Assembly: GCA_951406725.2 (NCBI GenBank)
Contig: OX597815.1
Location: 204,166,001 to 204,230,000, forward strand
DNA length: 64,000 bases
Reading direction: 5' to 3'
DNA from: Octopus vulgaris
Taxonomy: Eukaryota
Shown here: in pieces, positions 41,240-55,265 of the stretch
Position numbering within the stretch: the stretch's first letter is position 1
How the letters are laid out: every line of letters begins with the position of its first letter
Notes under the pieces: model-generated
Databases searched by the model: none
What the model was told of the DNA's origin: nothing
What the model saw: only the letters and a program-made list of their open reading frames with translations
Made by a program: the position numbers and the translations under genes

Positions 41240-42696
41240 AAATGTAAGTATATATATGCATGTTTCTGTGGATGTGTATTTTGTGGATGGGTATATTATT
41301 TATAAATAGTAATGATTATTAAATACCTGGTACACTCTCCCGAGTGTACAAATACTTTAGTATGATAAGTTTTCCATAACTTCAGGATGTTTTTCTGATC
41401 ACTATGATGAGATTTGAATCTATTATAAGATATTCTTGATATTTCAGTAGTAGCATTTTCCAGAAATGATGGATTCTAAAAGGTTTTACAAATATTTCCA
41501 AGATCATGTTCCATTAAGATTAAGATTTTTCACCAGTCTTACATCTAAAAAATCTTTAGAGTATTAAAACGTGTTTAAATATACATTTTTGAAGTGGTTA
41601 TACATCCTTGGAAAGGTCTCCATTCACTAGATCACTTTATCATTTCTAAAAAAAAATAATAATACAGAACTAGATAACACAAAAGCGAATAGTTCAACTT
41701 AAGTATAATGTTGTGTCACAAATATTTGGTGCGTTGTCTTAGATCCTAAGTACATTCTTTTCCAATTACGTACTTTCATTGGACGCTTTAACTTGTAGGT
41801 AATAAGTTACTGAAAAGAAACTGTCTCCAATTTGTATGATGTCAGAAAAAATAATGTTGTATACTGGAAGAATGTATCTTAAATTAATAAACTATGAAGA
41901 ACACAGAGACTCGAGATATGAACCAAAAATCTTCCCTTCGAGCATTTTCGGGACTGATTTTGGTTAATAACCAGAAAACGTTTAGATATAAGGATAACAA
42001 ATATGTTATTACAATTTGGTAAGATAAAACAATAATTTCAGATATTATGATTGATCAACTATTTACACATGGTTCGTTAAAATATGAATTTGGTACAGAA
42101 ACTTGCATGTTCAGCCTGAAATCAAATGTTACTGGTTTCTGTAAACAGTGCAATCGAAATGTTCCCAGGTAAACGATAGAAGTTGATACAAGCTTACATA
42201 ATTCTGTTGTTGTTATTGTTGTTTAGACCCCATCCTATCTATAATCGGAATTCTAATCATCATATCATCTTTTTCATTTTATGACTTTTTGGTGTTGAGG
42301 TAGATTTGGTAGCTATTTCTGACAGGTCGAGCACCCATGTAAATATTTGCCTTTTGGCTTGTAATATTTCATATTAATTAATTGTGTGGTTTCTAGTTAC
42401 AGTAGTTAGTAAGTCGTTCACTACTCAATATACTCATCAGCAAATAGTTTAAATTTCACCTACAGAGGACAGTTCAAGCTGTTACGAGGTTCAAGTCGGA
42501 CCGAGTCCCGCTGCGTTAGGGAGACAAACTGTGGGGAAATCCCTATATATTTGCGTGTGCGTATGCATGCATACATGTATATAAGTGCTCTTGTCAGTAA
42601 ATAAACATATGGATGCATGTACTGTATGTGTGCAAGGATGGATGTCATTGCTTGTGTAGATCTGCATATTATGACCTTCATATGTATCTTCATACC

Positions 42697-42919
42697 TATT
42701 TCTTTATTACCCACAAACACAGAGAGGACAAACAAGGACAGACAAACGGATTAAGTCGATTACATCGACCCCAGTGCGTAACTGGTACTTAATTTATCGA
42801 CCCTGAAAGGATGAAAAGCAAAGTGGACCACGGCGGAATTTGAACTCATATCGTAACGGCAGACGAAATACGGCTACGCATTTCGCTCGACGTGCTAACG
42901 TTTCTGCCAGCTCGCCGCC
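42697..42919 (-). mobile_element. SINE family B monomer
   Basis: Full head and core; ~21 bp TSD cttcatatgtatc(t/c)tcatacc on both sides. Confidence 0.88.
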
Positions 42920-43039
42920 TTCTTCATATGTATCCTCATACCGGTTTGCATGTCTACATGCGTTTATGCACTTGATATACGCTAAATCTCTTCAATATTC
43001 TACATACTTCCGCACTACATTTAATATAGGTTTCTGTAG

Positions 43040-43220
43040 TCATTTTCGTACGTTTGTCATTCAATTTGATAATCGAGTCATTCAAAGTCGCGAGAAAAAT
43101 TAACGCCATGTAGTTAGTCATTCAAATTCGTTTTTCGATCATTCAATTTCGCATTTCGGTCAAAGAATTTAGCATTTACATCATTCAAATTAGTCTTTAG
43201 GAGCTTTCAAATTCGCACGT
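43040..43220. repeat. Degenerate ~21 bp minisatellite (gtcattcaa(a/t)ttcg core)
   Basis: tcattcaa recurs at ~43057, 43078, 43118, 43139 and 43182, with further decayed units. Confidence 0.6.
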
Positions 43221-43559
43221 GAGTGTTCGTGTTCGGAATAAGCTTATTCTATTTAGCGCTAATTTTACATGTATGTTTTTACTCACATTCTGAGAAGTAA
43301 ATATCAAAAATGACAAATTTAAGTGACCTGTTTTGTCAAGTAAACTTTATAATCTTGTTACAGCTACAAGGAAGAAATAAATTACATGATTCATCTGTCC
43401 ACGAAAGTCTTTTTCACTGCAACATTATGTTCTTAGGTCTGTACTTACTTGGCAATTTATTTGGAAGTGAGCGTTTTTGCTGATTGTTAAATTGTTTGGC
43501 TTTTGTTGAACTATTTTTGACAGTATTGTTAATTGTTTGTTAAACAATTATTGTTTCCT

Positions 43560-46500
43560 CCCGCGCGGGGAAGCCGACAATATGGCGAGAGGAGGTGCAT
43601 GAGCGGGGAGGAGATCGAAAAGAATTGTGTAAAGAAACTTATATTAGATTCAGACGAGGAGAGAGAAAGACCAATACCGGCTACTACAAGGAAAAACATT
43701 AATGTACCAAGTTTAATGACGAAAGAGAAAGAAGAGGAAAAAAACCTTAGAAAAAGCTGGACTTTGTCGTTGTGGCAGGTGCTAAAGTTAGAAAGATTAA
43801 TTTGGCCAATGTGGAGGAACACAAATAAATGATGACAAGTGAGGGGCACGGAATTAAAGCAGCCCCTCCAAAAAGTATTCTTGAAGATATAGAGAAACAA
43901 AGAACTTAATATACAAGACCTATAAGGTCAAAACTAAGAGAATTGATTATGTGTTAGAGGCAGAGATTTAGAACTGCCTTAAGATTATTTGACATAAGAT
44001 AGTGTACCTAGCAAGAGGTAGAAGGTACGCGACGGTGAACGTGAGGATGGAGTCGGAGGAAGAAGTCGATTCCATTCAGTGGAACCCCTAAGAACGGAAG
44101 ACGTGATACTTCTACCCATATATATGGGTAGACGGACGTAGAAGATTACAATCAACAATATTCCCACAGAGGTGAACCCAGAGTGGCTCGTCGCGGCAGT
44201 GACAATGGGATTGGAAGATACAATATCAGTCCTGGACGCTACCGTGATGGAGCCATGAAGCTGACATGGGCAGCTTATAATTCAAGTCGAACAGACCACA
44301 CTGGAGGAAATTATTGAGACCTCCAAGGTAGGTGAGACCCGTCTGGTGGTGACAGTAGTGGGTCGCCAGCGTCGATGCTTCCAGTGTGGCAAAAAGGTCC
44401 ACTTCAGGGTAGATTGTAAGCCCAAGGAGGCTGAAAGAAGAAAGAAGAAACGGAGGTGGTGGAGATTAAACCTGCGACGCCGGAGCAGAAGACACCAATA
44501 CAAGTAGAAAAAAACACCAATGCCAGAAGAAAAAGTAGGAGAGGGATGGACTCTTGTGTAGAACAAGAGTAAATAAAGCCACCTTCCCTTAAAAAAGAGA
44601 AAGAGAAAACAGAGGCGAGACAGATTAAGAAACCGAAAAAACCTGAAAAGAAAAAAGAAGACTGTTGCTACATGGCGGTTCGAATCTCGAATAGAGATAT
44701 AGTAGCAACTGTCTCTGCAGAAAAAAATTGAGGAAGCAGAGAGTCAGAAGGAAGGGATTGAAATTTACAAAACAAATCGGAAAATTTATAATATTTTTGC
44801 TAATGAATTTCGTAAAGATGTTGACCCTTCCAGGTTGAACTTTAATCCAAAAATGTGCGAGCCCGGGAAAGAGAAGAAGAGGCCTCAAGACACCGACTAA
44901 AAAAGGTAGGTCTTTATGGCTGTTCGCTTAAGTTGTTTAAATGTGCGTGGCCTGACGTCGAGCTGGAAGCGAGGGTGCTTCCTAAATGACGTCAGGTCAC
45001 AATGCTTAGATGTTATTGTTGCCACTGAAACTTGGTTAAAAGGGCCAAGAGATCTGCTTCTGCTCCTGAAAGGCTACGATGAATTCATTTCTCCAGGCTG
45101 GGGGCGGGGATGGGGTGCTGGTCCTACTTAAAAGAAACCGAGTTTCAGAGAAAAATTTTTTTCTGATCCAGAAGGTAGGCTGGTCGTCTTAGACCTGATG
45201 TTCAGTTGTGGTAAGGAAATCAGGCTGATCGCGGTTTATGCACATAATTTGAATCATACTGATTATTACAGAGAGTTGGAGAAGTTTCTAGGCACATCTT
45301 AGATGTGTTAGGAGACGTTAACACTATTGTCGATGCACGCATGGATAGTGCTGGCTCAAATTCTGATAGGAGACCTAATAGTGGCTTCCGGGATATACTA
45401 AGTCGCTTTCAGCTAGTAGAAACCTACAGACTAGAATTCCCGGCCGCTTCATTGTAGACATGGTCAAATAGCGACGGGTCTTCTAGGTCTACATAGATAG
45501 GATTTTTATTAGAAAACTAGACAAAGATATAGTTACGTGTCCACAATATCATATGGTTAGTTACAGTGACCACAAGATGGTTACTTGTAAGCTGTACCTA
45601 GATAAGCTATATAGTAAGAGTTCCGGCTACTAGAAAGTCAAGTCCCTTTTAGCGATTGAGGAGTACAGGAACCGGATTAAGTTATTAGTACAGAGGGCGT
45701 TGACCGGTTCCATTCTTAACAACAAATGGTGGTACGCCCTCAAAAGAGCCATTAAATTCGAGTCTATTAGATATAATATAGGTTTAGTGGCTAGAGGGCG
45801 TAGGAAGGAAACAGAATTAGTTAAGGCCCTAGAGGAAGCCACGAGGACTGGAGAGCAAATCAGGTGAAGGTGAAGAGACTGGAGTTAAACCAGCACCTCG
45901 AAGCCAAATACATGGCGTGTATTGTCAGAGCTAGACTTCGTGCAATGTGGAGCAAGCGAAGACGCCGTGACTCGATGGTCTACCGTACGTGCTATTGCCA
46001 GACATGCTCGGATACGTACTGGCTAGCGTTTACATGAACTGGCAACAGAATGAGTTGATTCCCAGAGCCGTGCGCCGGGGAGCAGTGATGCTGGTCAGGA
46101 AGGACTCGGATAAGGGGAATAATATAGATGATTTTAGGCCCATCACTCTGCTGAGCGCAGAGGTGAAGATTTTGGCCAAGGTACTAGCAAAAAGATTGAT
46201 GCTGATAGCCTGATCGGGGAGGCACAAACATGTGCAGTACCTGACAGAACCATCCAAGATGATTATCTTATACACTACACCGTAGAACGGTATGGTAATA
46301 ATTCTGGCAAAGGTGGGGCACTGGTCCATTTAGACCAAGCTAAAGCATTTGATGGGGTAGACCATCGTTACTCGTTATACGTGCTCGCGCGGTTCGGAAT
46401 ATGTTTGTTTTCCTCAGGTGGATCATACAGTTGTACAACAATACCGACTCGATAGTTCGGGTGAACAGCTTTATTTCGAAGCCGTTCTGCATCAAACGGT

Positions 46501-47620
46501 CGGATCGCCAAGGGTTTCCCCTCTCCCCGCTCTTGTACGTGATGGCCCTCGAGCCATTACTGCAAAAACTAAGTGGCATCCCGACGAATCCAGGAGGTGG
46601 GGACCGGTTATAGCGTACGCGGATGACATCACTATCATCGTGATCAAGATGGAACACCTACAGAAATTTGGCGAAACCATTAAGGTTTACGAGACGGTGA
46701 CAGGAGCGAAAATTAACCGGGAAAAGTCAGTCGGCTTGCAACTCGGCACCTGGAGGGGCAAGTCGATGCCTTCGAATAGTGTCGTGTGACGCTGGGCGGA
46801 GGGCCCGGTTAAAATGCTAGGAATCGGTTTGGTTCAGATCTCCGGATAGAAAAGAACTGGACCGAGGTATCGGGCAAGGTGATCCACATAGTCAAGGCCT
46901 AGTCTTGGCGGTGGCAATCCTTGAGATGGAGGGCGAAAGTGGCCAATATGTTTATCGCATCGGTCGTCGTTTACCGTCTAATCTTCGTTCCTTGTCCAGA
47001 TTCGAAGTTGAGCAAGTTGGAGGGGCTAATATGCTTTTTGTGGAAGAACTCCACTCCACTTGTAAGACGTTCTATTTGCTGTCAAAGGCCGTTAAAGGAT
47101 GGGTTAGCGATGCCTTGGCTATTGATGCGCAAGCATGCGCTGAGGTTGAGGCATCTTTAGCTCTACCCGGATGGTGAACGGGTGTGGTCAACGCTCGCTA
47201 GACGGATGTTCCCCAAATTTACTAGTTTTGGTGGTAGAGAAAACTGGTTTCGTCGAAGATTGAGGTTGGGTACCTGGTTTACGGAGTGCCGTAAGGCATT
47301 TCTCCAGTTCCGCAACTCGAGCGTCGCCAGCGGTTTCGGTATCACTACGGCTTACTATTGTAGGTTGGTAGAGGCTGAAAATGATGATGCCCTGGGAAGG
47401 ACCCTGGGTCTCGATAATCAGTTAGACAGCCTGTTCCGAAGGACATTCGGGCCGAAGACACTGGATAACTTCCAAAGGTCTTTGGCCTGGCAGTGTTACG
47501 GAGGAGCCCTACTCGTTCAGGATAAGGTCACCAGACACGGCCACCCTGGGCCATCGGCCTGTCCAAGATGCGAGCGGGACATGGAAACCGTCCTACACGC
47601 TATTGTGCAGTGTCTGAGAG
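43560..47620 (+). mobile_element. Near full-length degenerate Tx1/L1-clade LINE (ORF1 zinc knuckle; ORF2 APE, RT, zinc finger)
   Basis: ORF1 relic with CFQCGKKVHFRVDC (~44375-44418). ORF2 from 44916 MAVRLSCLNVRGL, VATETW, LGDVN, DRIF, SDHKMV (APE); DFRPITLLSAEVKILAKVLAKRL, LDQAKAFD, RQGFPLSPLLY, AYADDI (RT); CPRC...ETVLHAIVQC. Many stops, frameshifts and a probable internal deletion near 45960. Confidence 0.9.
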
Positions 47621-49942
47621 TTTCATATGATTTCTCTTACTATTCTCTATGATCGTTTGCATACACGATATACTTTAATATATTTATTCATAGTAATATT
47701 AATGTAAACTAAATATTTATTATCTTATAAATTGTTCCCGATTTAGTATCATATTACATGAGATGCAGCACGGAATTTTGTCAGTGAACAGGTCACGGTC
47801 TCAAAGCGACGAAAATATTTTGACAAATTAAATTTAAATGTTGAAATGAATCTAACGGTTTTGTGTGTTTCTTAAATGGCTTATAAATACCTTTCACGCT
47901 GAAATTGTTTTCGTTCCAGCCCACGATCTCAGATCAGATCACTTGCTATGCAAGTACATCTCCGTAATATCATATTATTTATTCGCTAAATAACGTAATA
48001 CGGCCAATTGTATATCAGAATTAGTTGTTTAACACCCAACATTCTCTTAATCAATAGACTCACCAATGCTTATTGACATTCATTAGCTTAACTCTAAGAT
48101 TTCATGTTCTGAAGGTTTTGAATTCGCTCAGAATATTTTGAATTCATTCAGAAGAAAACTTACCCATAAACTAAACACAATGATATATGTCTGTGGAGTG
48201 GTAAAATAAAAGGAAAGAATTTATAAATTAGAGAGTAAAAATAAAATAAATTGAATATAATTTTTGGAAATAAAAGAAAATAAAATTCCGGCATCTAATC
48301 TCCGAACTCATTACCCATTTTAAAGGAAATAACCTAGTTAAACGTCCTATGATCTTTGACACTAACTCTAACATTGCCATAGCTGCTAGACTAATTTAGA
48401 AATACTCTTCAACAGTTTTTCATTCCTCTGAAACCTTGACATTTGGTTACCATCGGTTTCCAAAACAATTGCTTATGTATCATGGTCGACCTCTGATTTC
48501 TATTCTAAGATATTCAAGAATAGAAAAAAATATTTTGAAAATAAATCTATCTCGGCTGATTCATACCCATTAATATAGTTTGTTTTTTTTCTTTTGGTCG
48601 TTTGGGGCGGTGATTATGATGGTGTAATAGTAGTAGCAAGGGAGAAGCTAGAATTGTTGATTGCGGGAAGACTTAAAGGTTATAATGATAGTATTAGTAG
48701 TAATTTATGATGATTAAGTTCTTGTTATTGTTTTTGTTGTAGCAGTGTTAAGATAACGCATAAGAGTGAGGCTAAATTCAGGCGCTTCTTAATTTAGAAA
48801 AATGTTGTTGATTTTTTTTATATATATATATAAATTCAGTTGTTCTTGAGAAGGATTGGTTCTTTATAGGTTAAGTTTGCATGGGCTGCAAGTTGATATT
48901 AAGTCGTTGGCACTTTAATCTGTCATGACTGAGAAAATCTGTTAAATGTATCTGCTTCAATCCTTTAAGAAAACACGCTGACATGGTTGCTAGCATTACA
49001 TGTGCCTTGCAAACACATTTGTCAACGGTTCCCATAACATGTTGAAAGGTTAAAATAGATGAGTTCTATAACCCATTGGGTCGAAGGGGCTTCAGTTGGA
49101 AACTTTATCATTACGCAATGTGTATATGGTACGACAAATTATTTGTCCTCAGGCAATATTATTAACAGGATTGTAAAATGAAAATGCGTATTAAGCTATT
49201 GAATGATTTTTAGGGTTTGGTTTAGCTCCTACTTTATGACTTTAAATATAGATAAAAATAGGAATTCTAATTTAAAGCATCTTACATAATTTGGTAGCTA
49301 TTTCTAAGATGTTTTGGATTTAGAAACACGGCCTATAAATGGGTAACTCAATATGTTGGCAACGCGGCCACCAGCTTCTACGTGCAATCTTTCCCTCAAG
49401 GATTTGAACTCATTTCTGCTAACTGCAGATACGTCTGTCTGTTCCGTTTTTAATCCTCTCAGAGGAGAAATCTTTATCATGCGTATAGTATAATTGCACC
49501 GAATATCAAATAGCACGCATCAACCCAAACTCTAATACAAATTTTAGATAACAACTTTACGATAACGTAAATATAATTCATTGCTGAGATTTTGTCTTAT
49601 TTTTTTTTATTTCCAGTACAACTCATTTATTAGCAGATAACATTAATTGTATTAATTATTAAAAGAGTCTTAATAAAAGAATAACAGATGAAGAAATGCA
49701 GTTGATAGGCTGAAATCCTAAATGCTGTAATTGTGAGATCATTAAGTGAGAACATGTAAATAAACTGCCCAGCCGCATTAATTTTTGAACTCAATACCAT
49801 ATGTTACGATGCTATGCGTTGATCCCTGCAACTTAATCTTTTCATCTTCATCTGTTACAGAAAAAGATGTGTGAATAGTTATAGAACTAGTCTTGGTACG
49901 AGGAAAATACTATTAGCAATTATTACTCAATAATATAATATA

Positions 49943-50235
49943 TCACGTGATCACGTGACCGACCAGTCCATCAGATGTAGTTACACATCGCTGGTCACAA
50001 TGCGTTCGCATTGTTTTAGCCTTCGAATGACGCCACCCCGCTGGCTAAGCGAGCAGGCCAACAGAAGAAAGAGTGGGAGAAAGAGTACAGCAGGGATCGC
50101 CACCCCCTGCTGGAGTCCCGTGGAGCTTTAGGTGTTTTCGCTCAATAAACACTCACAACGTCCGGTCTGGGAATCGAAACCGCGATCCTACGACCGCGAG
50201 TCCGCTGCCCTAACCACTGGGCCATTGAGCCTCCA
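49943..50235 (-). mobile_element. tRNA(Arg)-like-headed SINE, family C2
   Basis: Same head as the 38529-38880 copy but a different 3' half (ccagcggggtggcgtcattcgaaggctaaaacaatgcg...ggtcggtcacgtgatcacgtga). Confidence 0.88.
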
Positions 50236-50424
50236 CATATAATATATACTGAAACGATATATGCCATAAAGTTAAAATACTAATTGTAATTCTTACAATA
50301 ACTCAGAATACGATGAAGAATGCACGATTCGAACCGTCATCCCCACATATATTGAGGCAATGTGTTATATATATTTTAAGGTATTATTAGCTGGTATACT
50401 AATGTGACGCGCAGACAGAATCTC

Positions 50425-50605
50425 TTGTGCGCAGGACAAAATGCTTAACGGCATTTCATCTATCTTTACGCTCTGAGTTAAAATACTGCCGAAGTAGAAT
50501 TCTTTCGGGCTCGATAAAATGAAAACTACGCGAGAACTGGAGTCGATGTAATCGACTTTCCCGCTCCCCTGAAGTTGCTGGCCTAGTGATACAATTTGAA
50601 ACCAT
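50425..50605 (+). mobile_element. Degenerate family B SINE
   Basis: aaatgcttaacggcatttc..ctgagtt..tcgataaa..gtcgatgtaatcgact..gctggcct.gtg. Confidence 0.55.
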
Positions 50606-51205
50606 TATCAGCTGGTATAACTTCCTAATGATAGAAGTCATCTGGTTTGGGAATATGTTTTCTCTAGTTTTCTTCTACACATGAAGCAGCAGGCCTTCTT
50701 TTTCTGCCTTTTCTTTCGGTTTCTTTTACACTGCTTTCCCCCCCACTTTAAAATAGATAAAATAACAAATATGACTAGTTCAAGGTCTACAGGAAAAGGC
50801 TTGTAAACAACCGGAAATAGTTTTAAAATCAGATTTACATTGCCCAATAGAGAGTTATTCAATGCCGAATCGTGACTATAAGCGAGATAAAGATTTTTCT
50901 TGGGAAAGATAAATACATTACCTACCGATACGAAACCTATTCGTCATATCAAATGTTTTCCAATGCCAGTTAGTTTACACAAGATAATATGATATTCGGC
51001 TGTTTTGGGGAGATGAAAACTAAAAATACGAAACTGAACTTTTACAAAAATGTATGAAATTATTCCAGACTCCGCAACATCTTCAGTCGCATTTATATTA
51101 CTTACTTAATTTCTTAATCGTTTTTGATAATTGCAGCCAGCAAAGTAAAAGTATATTTTAAAGAGATGACCTTGAATCTTGAAGACGCAATAGCAGTAAT
51201 GATAA

Positions 51206-51546
51206 TCTTTATATATAAAAGTGAGGTTGTGTGCTGTCTGTCTCCTACTATCTTATAGTCGTGATTCATATCGAGCCCTTCTGGGTATTAGCGCGCGTCT
51301 ACGATGAGTCTACGATTTTTAAAAAAATTATCATCAATTTTTCCCATTTTTAATGCATTTTTGGCATATATAAGGGAAGTAACTCTAAAAATTTATTATT
51401 AAATCTCAGAACGAAAAAAGCTACAGTAACACCCCCCCCCCTTTGTGTTTAGCCATATTGAGATAGCTATTATACTTTACATCTCTAAAAATGCTTATAT
51501 AGTTATTTCCCTTACAAACCCGAGCAACGCCGGGCGATACTGCTAG
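51206..51546 (+). mobile_element. Non-autonomous Helitron with canonical termini
   Basis: A|TCTTTATATATAAAAGTGAGGTTGTGTG ... cccgagcaacgccgggcgatactgCTAG|T; inserted at AT with no TSD. Confidence 0.9.
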
Positions 51547-52004
51547 TCCATTATAAATCTTTAAAAATCCAAGACTGTATAAAGATTTTAATGTGGGCGT
51601 TATTCTTGTTAAATTCCTAAAGCTACCTTCAAATATTAAAGATTACAATATACTCTTTCCGTCATACTGATTAACAAAACACATCACTGTTCAGTCAATA
51701 CGTCTTGAATTTCAAAAGGAGAAACACATTGGCAATTTCAATAGACGAAATGCTTAATTGTATGTTAACGTCTTTCATAGACATAATGCTTTGTCTATCA
51801 TGATAATTTAATGGTTAAAGGTGAACAACTTTATTGAGAAAAGAAAAATTTGAATAGATCAATGTATGTAGATATTTTAGCATTTATGTTGATGCTAACT
51901 TTCAGCCTAAAACAAGAAAATCTGTTGAGGATGCGCCACAAAGTATACAAATTTGACATGAATGCTACTCATATTGTTAATGGAATGGAAGATATTGGTT
52001 TCAA

Positions 52005-52215
52005 ATTTTGGCATAAGGTCAGCATTTTCGTGGGTGGTGGGGAATAAGTCGATTACATCGATCCCAGTGCTCAACTGGTACTTATTTTATCGACCCGAAA
52101 GGATGAAAGGTAAAAAGTCAACCTCGGCAGCATTTGAACTCAGATGTTAAGTCGGAAGAAATGCCACTGAACATTTTTATCCGGCGTGGTAACGACGTTG
52201 CTAGCTCGTTGCCTT
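52005..52215 (-). mobile_element. Degenerate family B SINE
   Basis: gtcgattacatcga..caactggtactt..tcgacccgaaaggatgaaagg..tttgaactcag..agctcg; another fragment lies at ~52835-52951. Confidence 0.7.
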
Positions 52216-53343
52216 AACGAATTGGAAAATATTGTTAACGCAGTAGAAGTCTATATTTTCGACCTTACAAACAGAAGTTGTACAAAAAGCCATACAAAAA
52301 TAGTCTTTAATACTAGGAAATGAGTAAGTCAAAATATATCTTTCTTTTCTGAGAAGGTATAGTTAAAATATATCTCTAAAGGAATGGATCCGGTTTTAAG
52401 TTCACAAAATTTAGCGTGAACTTCAAAATATCTCGATAGCGCTGACATATTCTCATGATATGAGGAAGGACATTCGGATCGTAGCCAATGTAGTTTTCGC
52501 TTGAAAAAACAATACATTTCTATATGTCTTTGAAAATGTAAATCTTCAGTTGGAATTTTCCCAGTAAACTATAAATATGTAATCTAAAATAGAATACATT
52601 TATAATTGGCGTTATCTTGACTGATTAAAATGGCCTTAGGAGGATCGACTCCTATAGCTGATAACTTCAAGTTCGGTGTATTTCCCAATATGTATGTATG
52701 TGTGTGTGTTAGTTGTATGTATGTGTGTCTTTGTGTGCTGCTGTGTCTGAGTTATCTAAACGTAAGAAGAATTGGTTAATTCAGCTTAAACATATATAGC
52801 ATCAGGACTGATACGCTAATATATTAGTTTCAAGTTCTGGCCCAAGGCCAGTAATTTCGGAGGATTATATCGACCCCCCCCCCCCCATGCTCAACTGGTA
52901 CTTGTTTTAACGGCCCCGATAAGATGAAAGGCAAAGTCGATCTCGGCGGAATTAATACGGTAATATATTGATGTCAATAATGTACGGCATGCTGATGCTT
53001 TATAATTTGTTCAGTATTGACTTATAATTAGTATACGATATCACGAAATTTAGGTGAATTTTCTAAATTGCATGAAGCTATAAATTTGCCGGAAAATGGC
53101 GGTAGTTTGAATCGAACTTAGTTCATATGAAGTAGTTTTTCAAATCGAGCCTGTGCAACAACCAGGCAAGATTCGAACTCAGGGTGTAGAGAGAGAAACT
53201 AATCGACTTAGCCGCTTTTTCGAAATTGCTGGCCTTGTGCCAAAAATTTGAAACCAATATTTATTTCTAAATGTTACACAACAAGAACATCACAGCAACA
53301 TAGTTGATTGAATCAACACCTTAGTATTATGTGAACATATATC

Positions 53344-54210
53344 TTTTCTGTTCTAGGCACAAGAACCGAAATTTGGGGAGAGGGAGCCAGTCGATTAGAT
53401 GGATCCCAGTACGCAACTGGTACTTAATCTTTCGACCCCGAAAGGATGAAAGGCAAAGTCGACCTCGGAGGAATTTGAACTCAAAACGTAAAGAGATACA
53501 AAATACCGCTAAGCATTTCGCCCGCCGTGCTAACGTTTCTTATTTCTTTATTGCCCTCAAGGGGCTAAACATAGGGGAGACAAACAAGGACAGACAAAGG
53601 GATTGAGTCGATTACACCGATCCCAGTGCGTAACTGGTACTTAATTTATCGACCCCGAAAGGATGAAAGGCAAAGTCGACCTCGGCGAAATTTGAACTCA
53701 GAATGTAACGGCAGACGAAATACCACTAAGCATTTCGCCCGGCATGCTAACGTTTCTGCCAGCTCGCCGCCTTAATATAAACCTTTTCTACCCTAGGCAC
53801 AAGGCCCGAAATTTGGGAGGGGGGCAGTCGATTAGATCGACCTCAATGTGCAACTGGTCCTTAATTTATTGACCCTGAAATGTTGAAAGACAAAGTCGAC
53901 CTCGGTGGAATTTGAACTCAGAACGCAAAGACACACGAAATACCGCTAAACACTTCGCCCGGCGTGCTAATGATTCTTATTTCTTTATCGCCTACAAGGA
54001 GCTAAACATAGAGGGGACAAACAAGGACAGCCAAAGGGATTAAGTCGATTACATCGATCCCAGTGCGTAACTGGTACTTAATTTATCGACCCCCGAAAGG
54101 AGGAAAGGCAAAGTCGACCTCGGCGGAATTTGAACTCAGAACGTAACGGCAGACGAAATACGGCTACGCATTTCGCCCGGCGTGCTAACGTTTCTGCCAG
54201 CTCGCGGCCT
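53344..54210 (-). mobile_element. SINE family B tetramer (two dimers) inside a single TSD
   Basis: Four tandem cores with alternating tail types; 15 bp TSD atgtgaacatatatc at 53329-53343 and 54213-54227. Confidence 0.88.
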
Positions 54211-55077
54211 TAATGTGAACATATATCGAATACACAAAGGTACACCCCAAAGTCAGTTATGGTGAGATTGAATTGTGAATAAAGACAGTTTATAGATAGA
54301 TATATTCAATTTATTTAATTCCATACTTCTACTGACATTGTAGTTTGCATTTATTAAAATTTCGAGCTTTACTTCTTGAATTATGCGTGCGCCGAAAATT
54401 ACTAAGTCACTCCGAATCAGATATATTTGATCAGTTTCGGTCCGTGATTTAAAATATTAGTGTTGATTCAGAAAAATCGTTTATAGTGCTTATTCAACTA
54501 AGATCTGTAGTAATATTTAGACTATGCTTTACTGTAGAGTTTTCATATGACCGGAACATGTCCACAGTTGTCACCTTACTACTAGGCAATCTTAATCCCC
54601 ATATACATTTCGTATTTAATTCACATTAAAGCTTAGGGTTGCTTTTCTTGCTGTGTGTTTTTGTTTTTTTTACTATAAGTGCGGAATTTAATTAGTTTTT
54701 TCTTGGTTTATTACATCAAATATACCAGTGCCCGTTCAGCTACTATGCTGATATTAGTTGAGTAGTTGACTTTGGCTGTAATCCCATGGTGTCAATAATA
54801 TCAGTGGAAGCCATATTCTGGGTATCAACAATACCCAGCCTCTAAAAAAGTGTGGCCTTGTACAAATATAAGAACTTAATATGATTTATATTAGTCGAAT
54901 GAAAGAGAAATTTGTTTTCATAAACATCAGATCAACTTCCATGTTTTTGTAGAGTATTTGTTTTATTCAATTACGTATTTATTTTAGGTTTTCGATCAAT
55001 AGAATCCAATTTTTGCCTCCAATTTCTAAAAGCGCAATGTAATATTTAAGTACAAAATTTAATCTTACATTCCAGTT

Positions 55078-55265
<188 letters not shown>

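Noticed and set aside
47752-47968. Short element with possible terminal inverted repeat (attacatgagatg / catctccgtaat)
   Set aside because: The inverted match is too short and imperfect to call without other copies.
53344-54210. Regularly spaced repeats resembling a CRISPR array or tRNA cluster
   Set aside because: Units are ~200 bp SINE copies without unique spacers; eukaryotic context and no cas genes.
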